64,000 bases of DNA, from NCBI GenBank assembly GCA_002269645.1, contig NIVC01001827.1:1-64000 (forward strand), in the 5' to 3' direction. The notes under the pieces are model-generated. The model made no database searches, was not told the DNA's origin, and worked only from the letters and a program-made list of their open reading frames with translations. Positions 51,050-63,063 of the stretch are shown here, one piece after another (positions within the stretch are counted from its first letter, which is position 1; every line of letters begins with the position of its first letter). The DNA comes from Macrostomum lignano (taxonomy: Eukaryota). The position numbers and the translations under genes were made by a program.

Positions 51050-51375
51050 TAAAGGAATAGAATGCATAGCTAATCCAGCCTTCATTAACAAAGGAATATA
51101 ATTCATTGCTAATCTAGCCTACATTAATGGTGGAATAGAATGGATTGCTAATCTAGCCTATATTAATGGTGGAATAGAATGGATTGCTAATCTAGCCTAC
51201 ATTAATGATGGAATAGAATGGATTGCTAATCTAGCCTATACTAATGGTGGAATAGAATGGATTGCTAATCTAGCCTATATTAATGGTGGAATAGAATGGA
51301 TTGCTAATCTAGCCTACATTAATGGTGGAATAGAATGGATTGCTAATCTAGCCTACATTAATGGTGGAATAGAAT
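51050..51375. repeat. 39-bp minisatellite (GGTGGAATAGAATGGATTGCTAATCTAGCCTACATTAAT)n
   Basis: About 8 copies. Confidence 0.9.
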
Positions 51376-52271
51376 TGGTGGCGCAACGGGACTGGAACGG
51401 GAGCAGAAATGAGAAAGACGGAAAGAATATGCAAAGTCGATGCAAATCATTTGCACTGCTCAGGCGAATTAGCAAGCCTAAAAATGTCAAATACGCGCGT
51501 AGCTACGAAGACTCGGAACCCTACAACACTGCAGTGGTGCTTGAAGGCTGCTGCATGGTCTTAGCATGATAAATTGATAAGCCAATGACCTCCGTGAGCT
51601 TTGATCATTCAAAGCCGACTTATCTTTTAAAATAATAAATTAAAGGCGATGAATGCAAGTACCTTCCGAGCGAACCGAACCCTAAACTAATTTCAATGCG
51701 TACTGTAGTTTTAATTTTACACTCGGCTTTTGACGGCAGAGGTTCATTTACTCGCCGGTCAGCAATCCAAGTTGAGCAGAGTCGGCCGCGGTTAGTACGC
51801 ATCTGAATACTGAATAAGAGCTACTGAAGTATTTAGCCACGTTGCGTTTAATAGGCCGCAGTCATAGGCCTACTTCGCTAGCATAACACACAGCAACTAG
51901 TCGTATGTTGTGAATTAATTTCGCCTTTGATCGATAATAGTTAAGCGCACTAGTATTGCGCAGGCCTATCCGCTATCCATTAAGTGGGATGGAAGACATC
52001 TGATAGCCCTCAGCGCTCGTTTGCTTTGTGAAATCTTTTGCTCTGCGCCAGATCTGACCTGGGCGAGCACCCGCCTCAACTTCACGGCGGAGACAAAGCC
52101 GGTTTATTCCCGGCCACCCACGCCGGGCGCTGGGGGGATTTTTCTCCCCTTTGTCTGTCCCAGCCTTAGATCCGGCATTCAGAGAGAGCCAGCGGTGCTT
52201 GATTACAATCTTTGCCATCTTTGCGCTGCTCAGTCAGACCGCGTTGAATAGAAATAGGCTTGTATATATAG

Positions 52272-52853
<582 letters not shown>

Positions 52854-53759
52854 CTCTAAGACAGACAGACCAGGCAGAGTCTCTATGCCAAGCACGCTCA
52901 ACAATCAGAAGTCGGTCAGTCACGAACCGTCAACAGCACTGATCCAACCCTGTAACTAGCTCGGATGAGTACCTACCATACGATCACCTCCTCACTCCCT
53001 GGGCAATGCCGGACAAGTCGTAGATCTCGGAGCTGTTAGAAAGCACAGGCAGAGACGCTGCAGTGACCTCCCTCCCTTTGCGCCACCGCCCCAGGGGCAG
53101 CTGTCCCGGCCGGCTGCCCCACCCCACGCGATGTCACGGCTCGCCGAAGCCTAATGAGCCGCCGCTGCCGCTACCTGGCATCCGAGAGACTCTCTCTGTT
53201 TTTCTAACAACGGCTAAAATTTTTCTATCGCAGTCTATCTAACCGCGAATTGGTGATGTACTTTTAATCCGGGATGTCCTCAGTCACTGATAAATGCCCC
53301 TCATCATCAATATCTACTAATACTGTAGGTCTTAGTTTCACTACTATTGAGTCTAATCCTTTGGATTATAGACCTTCTGCTAATGAGACCTGTGAGCTAC
53401 GTAAAGCGTGTGCACTTAGGAGTGTACTCAGGATCTTCAAGTTCTCCCCCATTTTTTCTTCCCCTTTTTTCTTCAAAAATTCGACTTATCGAACTAGCGC
53501 TACGTCGGCAGTACTATTAATTTAATCCCTGGTTGACTGCTCCCTCTTTGAGCGCAGGCGGTCTAGCAAAGGCAGATGACATTTTTTCTCTCGAGCAGTA
53601 CATGCTAATAGTTCTTGTGCGTCTGTCCAATTGGCTGGATTCTTGAAAAATGGGTTCTCGATTTTTTTTAAGAAATCAATTATTAATATTTCACTTCAGT
53701 CAGTTTAGATATTTCAATACAAATATTATAGACTTTCGGCATGCAGATATTCCTGATAC

Positions 53760-54622
53760 TCTCTCAGATTGTACAGTTCCCATAGATCACAACTTTCTCA
53801 GTCTCTCAGATTGTACAGTTCCCATAGATAACAACTTTCTCAGTCTCTCAGATTGTACAGTTCCCATAGATCACAAGTTGCTCAGTGTCTCAGATTGTAC
53901 AGTTCCCATAGATAACAACTTTATCAGTCTCTCAGATTATACAGTTCCCATAGATAACAACTTTATCAGTCTCTCAGATTGTACAGTTCCCATAGATAAC
54001 AACTTTCTCAGTCTCTCAGATTGTACAGTTCCCATAGATAACAACTTTCTCAGTCTCTCAGATTGTACAGTTCCCATAGATAACAACTTTATCAGTCTCT
54101 CAGATTGTACAGTTCCCATAGATAACAACTTTATCAGTCTCTCAGATTGTACAGTTCCCATAGATAACAACTTGCTCAGTCTCTCAGATTGTACAGTTCC
54201 CATAGATCACAAGTTGCTCAGTGTCTCAGATTGTACAGTTCCCATAGATAACAACTTTATCAGTCTCTCAGATTGTACAGTTCCCATAGATAACAACTTT
54301 ATCAGTCTCTCAGATTGTACAGTTCCCATAGATAACAACTTTATCAGTCTCTCAGATTGTACAGTTCCCATAGATAACAACTTTATCAGTCTCTCAGATT
54401 GTACAGTCCCCATAGATCACAACTTGCTCAGTCTCTCAGATTGTACAGTTCCCATAGATAACAACTTGCTCAGTCTCTCAGATTGTACAGTTCCCATAGA
54501 TCACAAGTTGCTCAGTCTCTCAGATTGTACAGTTCCCATAGATAACAACTTTATCAGTCTCTCAGATTGTACAGTTCCCATAGATCACAACTTGCTCAGT
54601 CTCTCAGATTGTACAGTTCCCA
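53760..54622. repeat. 42-bp minisatellite (CTCTCAGATTGTACAGTTCCCATAGATAACAACTTTATCAGT)n
   Basis: About 20 copies; explains the repetitive 361-aa ORF. Confidence 0.95.
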
Positions 54623-55224
54623 TAATGCCAGGGCATGCAAATTCAATATTCGAAGCTTTAAAATCTACACCAGAAAGGGGAAATTCTTTTCTGACTGCCC
54701 GGTGGTGCAGGACAAACGCCCCCGCCCTACTATAGAATAGATTGGCCCACCTCTATACATGCAAGTCAGAATTGCCAGGCAATTAGATAAAAAACTGGCT
54801 GCATCAAATGCCGACATGCGAGCGAAGGAGCCCAGAGGCCGGCTCTCATCCGGGGAACAATGACAAATGAAGCTATAGACCCGACCGGCCAGTCCATCAT
54901 AGGGCCACTTTCATAGCTACTTCGGCCAAGCGAGACGGCAAAGGAAGGCCTGTGCGTGCCGCTTTATTATCCAGATCGTTAATCTCCCTGTGTCCTTCTT
55001 CCCCACGTCTGTCTTGCCGGCAGTTAATTGAGCAAGTAGAGCTCTATTCGTATCAAAGACAGATGCAGCCGAGCTCCATTCCTAGCTAACCTCAGCCCAG
55101 CCTGTCGTCTGCTTTCTGTCATCTGTGGGACAATCGCTATTTGACGATTGAAGGCGGAGAGAAGCAGTCGATTACCTGATGAACGTGGGTGGTGATGAAC
55201 ATTCGACTCGCAAATGTACCAAGA

Positions 55225-55828
55225 TAGCAGCGGATTTAAGCATTTTCAAGAGGGCGGATAGCAGCGGATTTAAGCATTTTCAAGAGGGCGGATAGCAGCG
55301 GATTTAAGCATTTTCAAGAGGGCGGATAGCAGCGGATTTAAGCATTTTCAAGAGGGCGGATAGCAGCGGATTTAAGCATTTTCAAGAGGGCGGATAGCAG
55401 CGGGTTTCCGGATTTTTAAGGGGGCGGATAGCAGCGGGTTTCCTGATTTTTAAGGGGGCGGATAGCAGCGGGTTTCCTGATTTTTAAGGGGGCGGATAGC
55501 AGGGGTTTCCGGATTTTTAAGGAGTTTCCAGATTTTTAAGGGCGGATAGCAGCGAATTTCCCGAGTTTTAAGGGGCGGATAGCAGCGGATTTCCGGATTT
55601 TTAAGGGGCGGATAGCAGTGGGTCTACGGATTTTAAAGGGGGTGGATAGCAGCGGATTTCCAGATTTTTAGGGGGGTGGATAGCAGCGGATTTCCGAATT
55701 TTTAAGGGGGCGGATAGCAGCGGATTTCCGAATTTTTAAGGGGGCGGATAGCAGCGGGTTTCCAGATATTCAAGAGAGCGGATAGCAGCGGATTTCCGAA
55801 TTTTTAAGGGAGCGGATAGCAGCGGGTT
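55225..55828. repeat. 33/34-bp minisatellite with two sub-variants (AGCAGCGG...GGGCGGAT)
   Basis: Five homogeneous 34-mers followed by diverged units; ends about 20 nt from an SK donor. Confidence 0.9.
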
Positions 55829-55847
55829 TTCAGAGTCCCAGTCTCAC

Positions 55848-56401
55848 CATGACGCCAGTGGCGATGGAGATGGCGCGGCCGCAGTAAGTATTAGGCACAA
55901 TATCGCCGTAGCCAATGCTCAGAAAGGTGATGCCGATGAGCCACATTGAGTTGAGTATGTTGCCATGCAGCAGATCGTGGTAGCTCTCGCAGGCTCGCAT
56001 AAGCCAGCTGGCACTAATCCACAGGGTGAGGATGAACACCAGCAGCACGGTGCCGGGAACATCGTCATGAGGGTCTTCAACACGAAGCGCGTATTGAAGG
56101 AGATTCGATTCAGCGCGCCAATGCTGCGCGATCCGGCGTCAGTGAACATTTTCGAGTGCAGCAGCATGACCCGGAAGATCAAGTAGAGCCGCAGGAACAT
56201 CGGCAGCGTCAGGAACAGGTCGATTGGCACGTCCACCGTCTTGCTGCTGCGATCGTGCGGTACGTAAGTTGTCCAGCTGAATGTCAGCGCGTTCGGCAGC
56301 GGGTGGATGGCGCAGACGCAGACTTCGGCTACCATTTGGCCGACGCGGCGACTGCTGATGGCGACGCGCCAGTCCTCGATGCAGTTGTCAATGCTGAATA
56401 G
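55848..56401 (-). CDS. KCNN: SK/KCNN exon (S3-S5, pore, start of S6) with an apparent 1-nt deletion
   Basis: ccaacag|CTA acceptor, ATG|gtgaga donor; [14 protein letters not shown]...CAIHP...[35 protein letters not shown]...[13 protein letters not shown]; 554 nt, frame changes at about 56055. Confidence 0.93.
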
Positions 56402-56680
56402 CTGTTGGAGCGGGTTAAAGGAGGCGGTCAATGAACGCATCGATTGCAACTTGGAGAGCTGTCTGATGTATGGAAGCAACAGCGACACCTGCAATATCCC
56501 ATAACTCCCTCTGTCAGGCAGGTAAGCAATGTTCTAGCAAACTAATTAGGCAGCCCCAGGACTTCGACAACCGGGTTTTTGTGGTCTCAAATGAAATGGC
56601 CTCCAATCACAAAGAGAGATCCTAGCTATGGGAGGTGAGATACAGTGGAAAAGTCGTAGGGTCATCTTCTTCAGTATGAT

Positions 56681-56946
56681 GGGGCTGTAGCCTAGTGGTT
56701 AGAGCGTCGGAATCGCGACTGAAAGGTCGGGGGTTCGATTCTGGATCCACTCGGAACAATTTGTGTCCTTGAGCAAGACACTTAACTCTGCATTGCTTCA
56801 GTTCACCCAGCTGTAAAATAGGTGCTAGCATTAGCTGGGGTAATTGAGGGCGTGTGTGACGACCCCCCAGTCCTTGGATTGAACAGCCGTACGCAGCCTT
56901 TAGGTAGCTGCAATAGCAGGTGTAATAAATTCTTAATTATTATTAT
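56681..56946 (+). mobile_element. tRNA-derived CORE-like SINE (family B), full length
   Basis: Head GGGGCTGTAGCCTAGTGGTTAGAGCG...GGTTCGATTC; MIR/CORE-like GTGTCCTTGAGCAAGACACTTAAC...CAGCTGTAAAAT; (ATT)n tail. Confidence 0.85.
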
Positions 56947-57782
56947 CCAGTAGAAGGTAGAGAAGTTAAAATTGATAAGAAGACTATTATTTTTATTAGG
57001 GAAAACACTCATCGTTTAACTGGACAGCCAACCAGAGTTAACAGAAAGGTGGAAGCTTTAATGTACACTACACTAGTCTAGGTTAGGTTGAGCCAATCAG
57101 AGTGCTGAGAGGGGGAAGAGATTCGGGGGTGAGGTGGGCGGCTGCGTAGATTTAATTGGCCAATAGGAGTAAAGATAGGGGAAAAGCAAACATTTCTTTT
57201 CATTTTCAATTCATGACCTTTATTCGATGTGCGATTTCAAAAGTACGCTGGAGTCCTGAGCATCTCAGACAGACTCTCGTCGCGTGGCGATGGGGCGTGG
57301 CAGAGAGTGCTCGGCCCCGCCCTGAGCAGATCACTCCTGCATTTCCTACACCACTGACTGGCCCTTCATCCATTTGCTACTTCATTTCCAATGCCCGTGC
57401 ACAGAGTAAATTAGATAGCGAACCGGATTGGATATAATTTAATGATGCTGTCGGTAAATCAGTGATGTCTCTATTCGAGTATCAGTCACGGTTTATCGTG
57501 AATTAAGGGCCACAGATTTATAGCTCAATAACAAGCTCGAAGCTGTTTCTAAAAAGAACTACTCAATGCAATTATCGGCTGAGTAAATTATTGCAAAAGT
57601 AAGGCCACAGAATCGCATTCAAACCTTTCAGGGGATGTTGTAAAAAGCAATCCTCTCGCTCACTTTTATTACAGGGGCAATTGGATTGATTTACAAGCTG
57701 CTGATGTTAGTATGTCTATTCGACTATATTAACCAACAGATTGTATTGCTTCTGATAGCTGTTGATCAAGATAGCAAATGAT

Positions 57783-59412
57783 CTGGACTCAGCTACACTC
57801 TGCTTATTCCTATATCTAGACTCAGCTACACCCTGAATGCTCATTCCCTATATCTAGACTCAGCTACACCCTGCTCATTCCCTATATCTAGACTCAGCTA
57901 CACCCTGCTCATTCCCTATATCTAGACTCAGCTACACCCTGCTCATTCCCTATATCTAGACTCAGCTACACCCTGCTCATTCCCTATATCTAGACTCAGC
58001 TACACCCTGCTCATTTCTATATCTAGACTCAGCTACACCCTGCTCATTCCCTATATCTAGACTCAGCTACACCCTGCTCATTTCTATATCTAGACTCAGC
58101 TACACCCTGCTCATTCCCTATATCTAGACTCAGCTACACCCTGCTCATTCCCTATATCTAGACTCAGCTACACCCTGATCATTCCCTTTATCTAGACTCA
58201 GCTACACCCTGCTCATTTCTATATCTAGACTCAGCTACACCCTGATCATTCCCTTTATCTAGACTCAGCTACACCCTGCTCATTCCCTATATCTAGACTC
58301 AGCTACACCCTGATCATTCCCTTTATCTAGACTCAGCTACACCCTGCTCATTCCCTATATCTAGACTCAGCTACACCCTGATCATTCCCTTTATCTAGAC
58401 TCAGCTACACCCTGCTCATTTCTATATCTAGACTCAGCTACACCCTGCTCATTTCTATATCTAGACTCAGCTACACCCTGCTCATTTCTATATCTAGACT
58501 CAGCTACACCCTGCTCATTCCCTATATCTAGACTCAGCTACACCCTGCTCATTTCTATATCTAGACTCAGCTACACCCTGCTCATTCCCTATATCTAGAC
58601 TCAGCTACACCCTGATCATTCCCTTTATCTAGACTCAGCTACACCCTGATCATTCCCTATATCTAGACTCAGCTACACCCTGATCATTCCCTTTATCTAG
58701 ACTCAGCTACACCCTGCTCATTTCTATATCTAGACTCAGCTACACCCTGATCATTCCCTTTATCTAGACTCAGCTACACCCTGCTCATTTCTATATCTAG
58801 ACTCAGCTACACCCTGATCATTCCCTTTATCTAGACTCAGCTACACCCTGCTCATTTCTATATCTAGACTCAGCTACACCCTGCTCATTTCTATATCTAG
58901 ACTCAGCTACACCCTGCTCATTTCTATATCTAGACTCAGCTACACCCTGCTCATTTCTATATCTAGACTCAGCTACACCCTGCTCATTTCTATATCTAGA
59001 CTCAGCTACACCCTGCTCATTTCTATATCTAGACTCAGCTACACCCTGCTCATTCCCTATATCTAGACTCAGCTACACCCTGATCATTCCCTTTATCTAG
59101 ACTCAGCTACACCCTGCTCATTTCTATATCTAGACTCAGCTACACCCTGCTCATTCCCTATATCTAGACTCAGCTACACCCTGATCATTCCCTTTATCTA
59201 GACTCAGCTACACCCTGCTCATTTCTATATCTAGACTCAGCTACACCCTGCTCATTTCTATATCTAGACTCAGCTACACCCTGATCATTCCCTTTATCTA
59301 GACTCAGCTACACCCTGCTCATTTCTATATCTAGACTCAGCTACACCCTGCTCATTTCTATATCTAGACTCAGCTACACCCTGCTCATTCCTATATCTAA
59401 ACTCAGCTACAC
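57783..59412. repeat. 33/34-bp minisatellite (CTAGACTCAGCTACACCCTGCTCATTCCCTATAT)n
   Basis: About 48 copies with three recurring variants. Confidence 0.96.
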
Positions 59413-60224
59413 CCCACTCCAATTAGGACAGAGTGCTAAACAGACAGGCGGAGTGAAGCACCTGACAAAGCTGACTGAGTCTAAAAGTACAGCTGGTCAA
59501 AACGGCAGTGCGCAGATTGCACGGATAATCGGATAAAGCAGATGCCCGATTTCATTGGATTCCAATCGCCAATGATAGATAATAATGAAGCCAAGATGAA
59601 GTCTGGATGGAAGCTGCAGTCCCAATTATATTTACCACCCCCCCCCCCCTGCTGCAGCCGCTGAACTGCCTTCCCCAGCGGGCAAGTTTTGGAAGTTTAT
59701 TAGCCAACTGCGTTAATTAGAGCCTAGATGACAGGGGGGATTACTTTATAGGCTCAATAGTGATCCGCCAGTCGGCAGTTATGGCCCTTTATAAAGCTGA
59801 TGGACATACAAGAGTAGGGCTGGAATTTATTCCCCCACGCATCACTGACAGAGCCAGCAGTGCCGCCCCCGCCCCCTAATCGAGCAATTAGCTACCTGTA
59901 TCTCCAGAGCGTGATAGGCGAATATCAGGCCGACCAGAGCCAGGGTGGAGATGCTGATGAGCGATCGGAGCACAGTTGAGTACACGGCCGACTGAAAAAT
60001 GCAAAATTATAAAAAAATGATATGCTCTTCGCGTGTTGCTTGATTATTAGCGGCAGTCAAGACATTCCATTTCTTACTCAAATATCGCCTTTCCCGAGGA
60101 CAAATTATGTCATCTGTCCAAGTCTTATTAAGCAGTCCTTGACACGACAGTTTCAATCTTCTAATCAACTTTTATGGCTAGCTTTTATTCCGGCTACGAT
60201 TCTCCAGGCTACGGGGAAATCCTC

Positions 60225-60645
60225 AATGGGGTCACGGGGTGCTTACTGCTCGGGTGCCAAATGCTCAATGGGGGTCACGGGGTGCTTACTGCTCGGGTGC
60301 CAAATGCTCAATGGGGTCACGGGGTGCTTACTGCTCGGGTGCCAAATGCTCAATGGGGTCACAGCGTGCTTACTGCTCGGATGCCAAATGCTCAATGGGG
60401 TCACAGCGTGCTTACTGCTCGGGTGCCAAATGCTCAATGGGGTCACGAGGTGCTTACTGCTCGGGTGCCAAATGCTCAATGGGGTCACGAGGTGCTTACT
60501 GCTCGGGTGCCAAATGCTCAATGGGGTCACAGCGTGCTTACTGCTCGGATGCCAAATGCTCAATGGGGTCACAGCGTGCTTACTGCTCGGATGCCAAATG
60601 CTCAATGGGGTCACGAGGTGCTTACTGCTCGGGTGCCAAATGCTC
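60225..60645. repeat. 42-bp minisatellite (TGCTCAATGGGGTCACGAGGTGCTTACTGCTCGGGTGCCAAA)n
   Basis: About 10 copies. Confidence 0.93.
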
Positions 60646-61502
60646 AAAAAGGTTTCATAGGGAATCACATATCCCAGATGATGCTGTTGATATCAAAGTA
60701 GAAAATTTTTCCAAACTATCGTTGTGTTTGTTACCAAGTGCTTGCAACCAAGCATCGAGGCTTCCAATTTATAATTCACAAGGACTTTTTAACCATGCAG
60801 GTTGCGGAGAAAAAGTGTTGTCTGAATACAAAATTTCCGGCAAAGTCGCCAGCGGCTAATTCTCTCCGCATAATCCGCTGCAGTCAGACAGGAGTCTTCA
60901 GTTTTTCCCGGCCGTCCGCTGTCCGGTTTTTTCTATCGCATTGAATAAATTAAGCCCCAGCAAAGCCGGCTTGCGTAGAATAACAGAAGCTTACATCCAG
61001 CGGGTAAATCCCACCCATCTGCTGGGGACCGAAATCCCTATAGCAACAAAAACCGGTGCACAAATTCCAGGTGCGCCCGGTCCCGCCCACTCCCGACACA
61101 GGTTGAATCGATCTTAGTTTTATTAGTTTCTTACTTTTCTATACCTCTTTCGGTTCAAAGCTCTGCAGAGGCGCAGTCGGTGGCTTTGCACTTTTCTGGC
61201 TCTATCTAAATTCGTTTTGCTCAGCTGGCAGATAGACGGTTGCGTGTAGAAGCTTTATCTAGCCGCTAATTTAGGCTAATTTAACCGGACATACACAGCT
61301 CCTGTTGAAATGGAGCTCAGCCTTGCAAGGATAACGCAAGTAGACAACCAGCTGCGTAGTTCTAACCGAGGCCAACTCTGCTTAACTTGCAGGGGAAGGC
61401 AGCGAACGGGCTGATGTGTCTCATCGATTACTATAAAAATCGATATGCTACAATACGTTTGTATTGAGGGTCCGGCCTATAAGCCCATTGAAAATCCAAC
61501 AG

Positions 61503-62606
61503 AGGTGGAGAATCAGAAACTGATGGATCAGTAGCGGTGGGGGAATCAGAAACTGATGGATCAGTAGCTGTGGGGAATCAGAAACTGATGGATCAGTAGC
61601 GGTGGGGGAATCAGAAACTGGTGGATCAGTAGCTGTGGGGGAATCAGAAACTGATGGATCAGTAGCTGTGGGGAATCAGAAACTGGTGGATCAGTAGCTG
61701 TGGGGGAATCAGAAACTGATGGATCAGTAGCTGTGGGGGAATCAGAAACTGATGGATCAGTAGCGGTGGAGAATCAGAAACTGATGGATCAGTAGCTGTG
61801 GGGAATCAGAAACTGATGGATCAGTAGCTGTGGGGGAATCAGAAACTGATGGATCAGTAGCGGTGGAGAATCAGAAACTGATGGATCAGTAGCGGTGGGG
61901 AATCAGAAACTGATGGATCAGTAGCGGTGGGGAATCAGAAACTGATGGATCCGTAGCGGTGGGGAATCAGAAACTGATGGATCAGTAGCGGTGGAGAATC
62001 TGAAACTGGTGGATCAGTAGCGGTGGGGAATCAGAAACTGGTGGATCAGTAGCGGTGGGGAATCAGAAACTGATGGATCAGTAGCGGTGGGGAATCAGAA
62101 ACTGGTGGATCAGTAGCGGTGGGGAATCAGAAACTGGTGGATCAGTAGCGGTGGGGAATCAGAAACTGGTGGATCAGTAGCGGTGGGGAATCAGAAACTG
62201 ATGGATCAGTAGCGGTGGGGAATCAGAAACTGGTGGATCAGTAGCGGTGGGGAATCAGAAACTGGTGGATCAGTAGCGGTGGGGAATCAGAAACTGGTGG
62301 ATCAGTAGCGGTGGGGAATCAGAAACTGATGGATCAGTAGCTGTGGGGGAATCAGAAACTGATGGATCAGTAGCTGTGGGGGAATCAGAAACTGATGGAT
62401 CAGTAGCGGTGGGGAATCAGAAACTGGTGGATCAGTAGCGGTGGGGAATCAGAAACTGATGGATCTGTAGCGGTGGGGAATCAGAAACTGATGGATCAGT
62501 AGCGGTGGGGAATCAGAAACTGGTGGATCAGTAGCGGTGGGGAATCAGAAACTGGTGGATCAGTAGAGTTGGGGGAATCAGAAACTGATGGATCAGTAGA
62601 GGTGGG
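61503..62606. repeat. 33-bp minisatellite (GAATCAGAAACTGATGGATCAGTAGCGGTGGGG)n
   Basis: About 33 copies. Confidence 0.95.
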
Positions 62607-62791
62607 TGTGGCGCCGCTTGGCGGTGCTCATTAACTATCTATGTGCTAAAGCTTGAAACGGCTGCGCTCGTATTATAGGCGGCATATGGCCGTCAGTCAT
62701 TCTGATGGGCTATCGGCGAAAGGCTCGTTTTCTTTGCTCAGCTAAGAGCTCTCGTAAACAGGAGAGTCCACTTCATTGCTACGACACGACA
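62607..62791 (+). mobile_element. 185-bp LTR, copy 1
   Basis: TGT...ACA termini; differs from copy 2 at one base that I could see; flanked by GTGGG on both sides. Confidence 0.75.
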
Positions 62792-62862
62792 GTGGGGGAA
62801 TCAGAAACTGGTGGATCAGTAGAGTTGGGGGAATCAGAAACTGATGGATCAGTAGAGGTGGG

Positions 62863-63047
62863 TGTGGCGCCGCTTGGCGGTGCTCATTAACTATCTATGT
62901 GCTAAAGCTTGAAACGGCTGCGCTCGTATTATAGGCGGCATATGGCCGTCAGTCATTCTGATGGGCTATCGGCGAAATGCTCGTTTTCTTTGCTCAGCTA
63001 AGAGCTCTCGTAAACAGGAGAGTCCACTTCATTGCTACGACACGACA
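62863..63047 (+). mobile_element. 185-bp 5' LTR (copy 2) of a Ty3/Gypsy element
   Basis: TGTGGCG...CACGACA, followed after 1 nt by a PBS. Confidence 0.8.
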
Positions 63048-63048
63048 G

Positions 63049-63063
63049 TGGCGTCGCGAGCAG
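63049..63063 (+). promoter_or_regulatory. Primer-binding site, tRNA-Ser type
   Basis: TGGCGTCGCGAGCAG is the reverse complement of CTGCTCGCGACG-CCA, the pattern of a tRNA-Ser 3' end; Mag-like Gypsy elements use Ser/Leu primers. Confidence 0.65.

Noticed and set aside
56681-56750. tRNA gene (also 25092-25160 and 63200-63275)
   Set aside because: A and B boxes are present, but the stems are degenerate and the sequences continue into bodies shared between dispersed copies, so they are SINE heads
56947-62600. Upstream SK exons (S1-S2)
   Set aside because: No matching peptide found on the minus strand; they probably lie beyond the window
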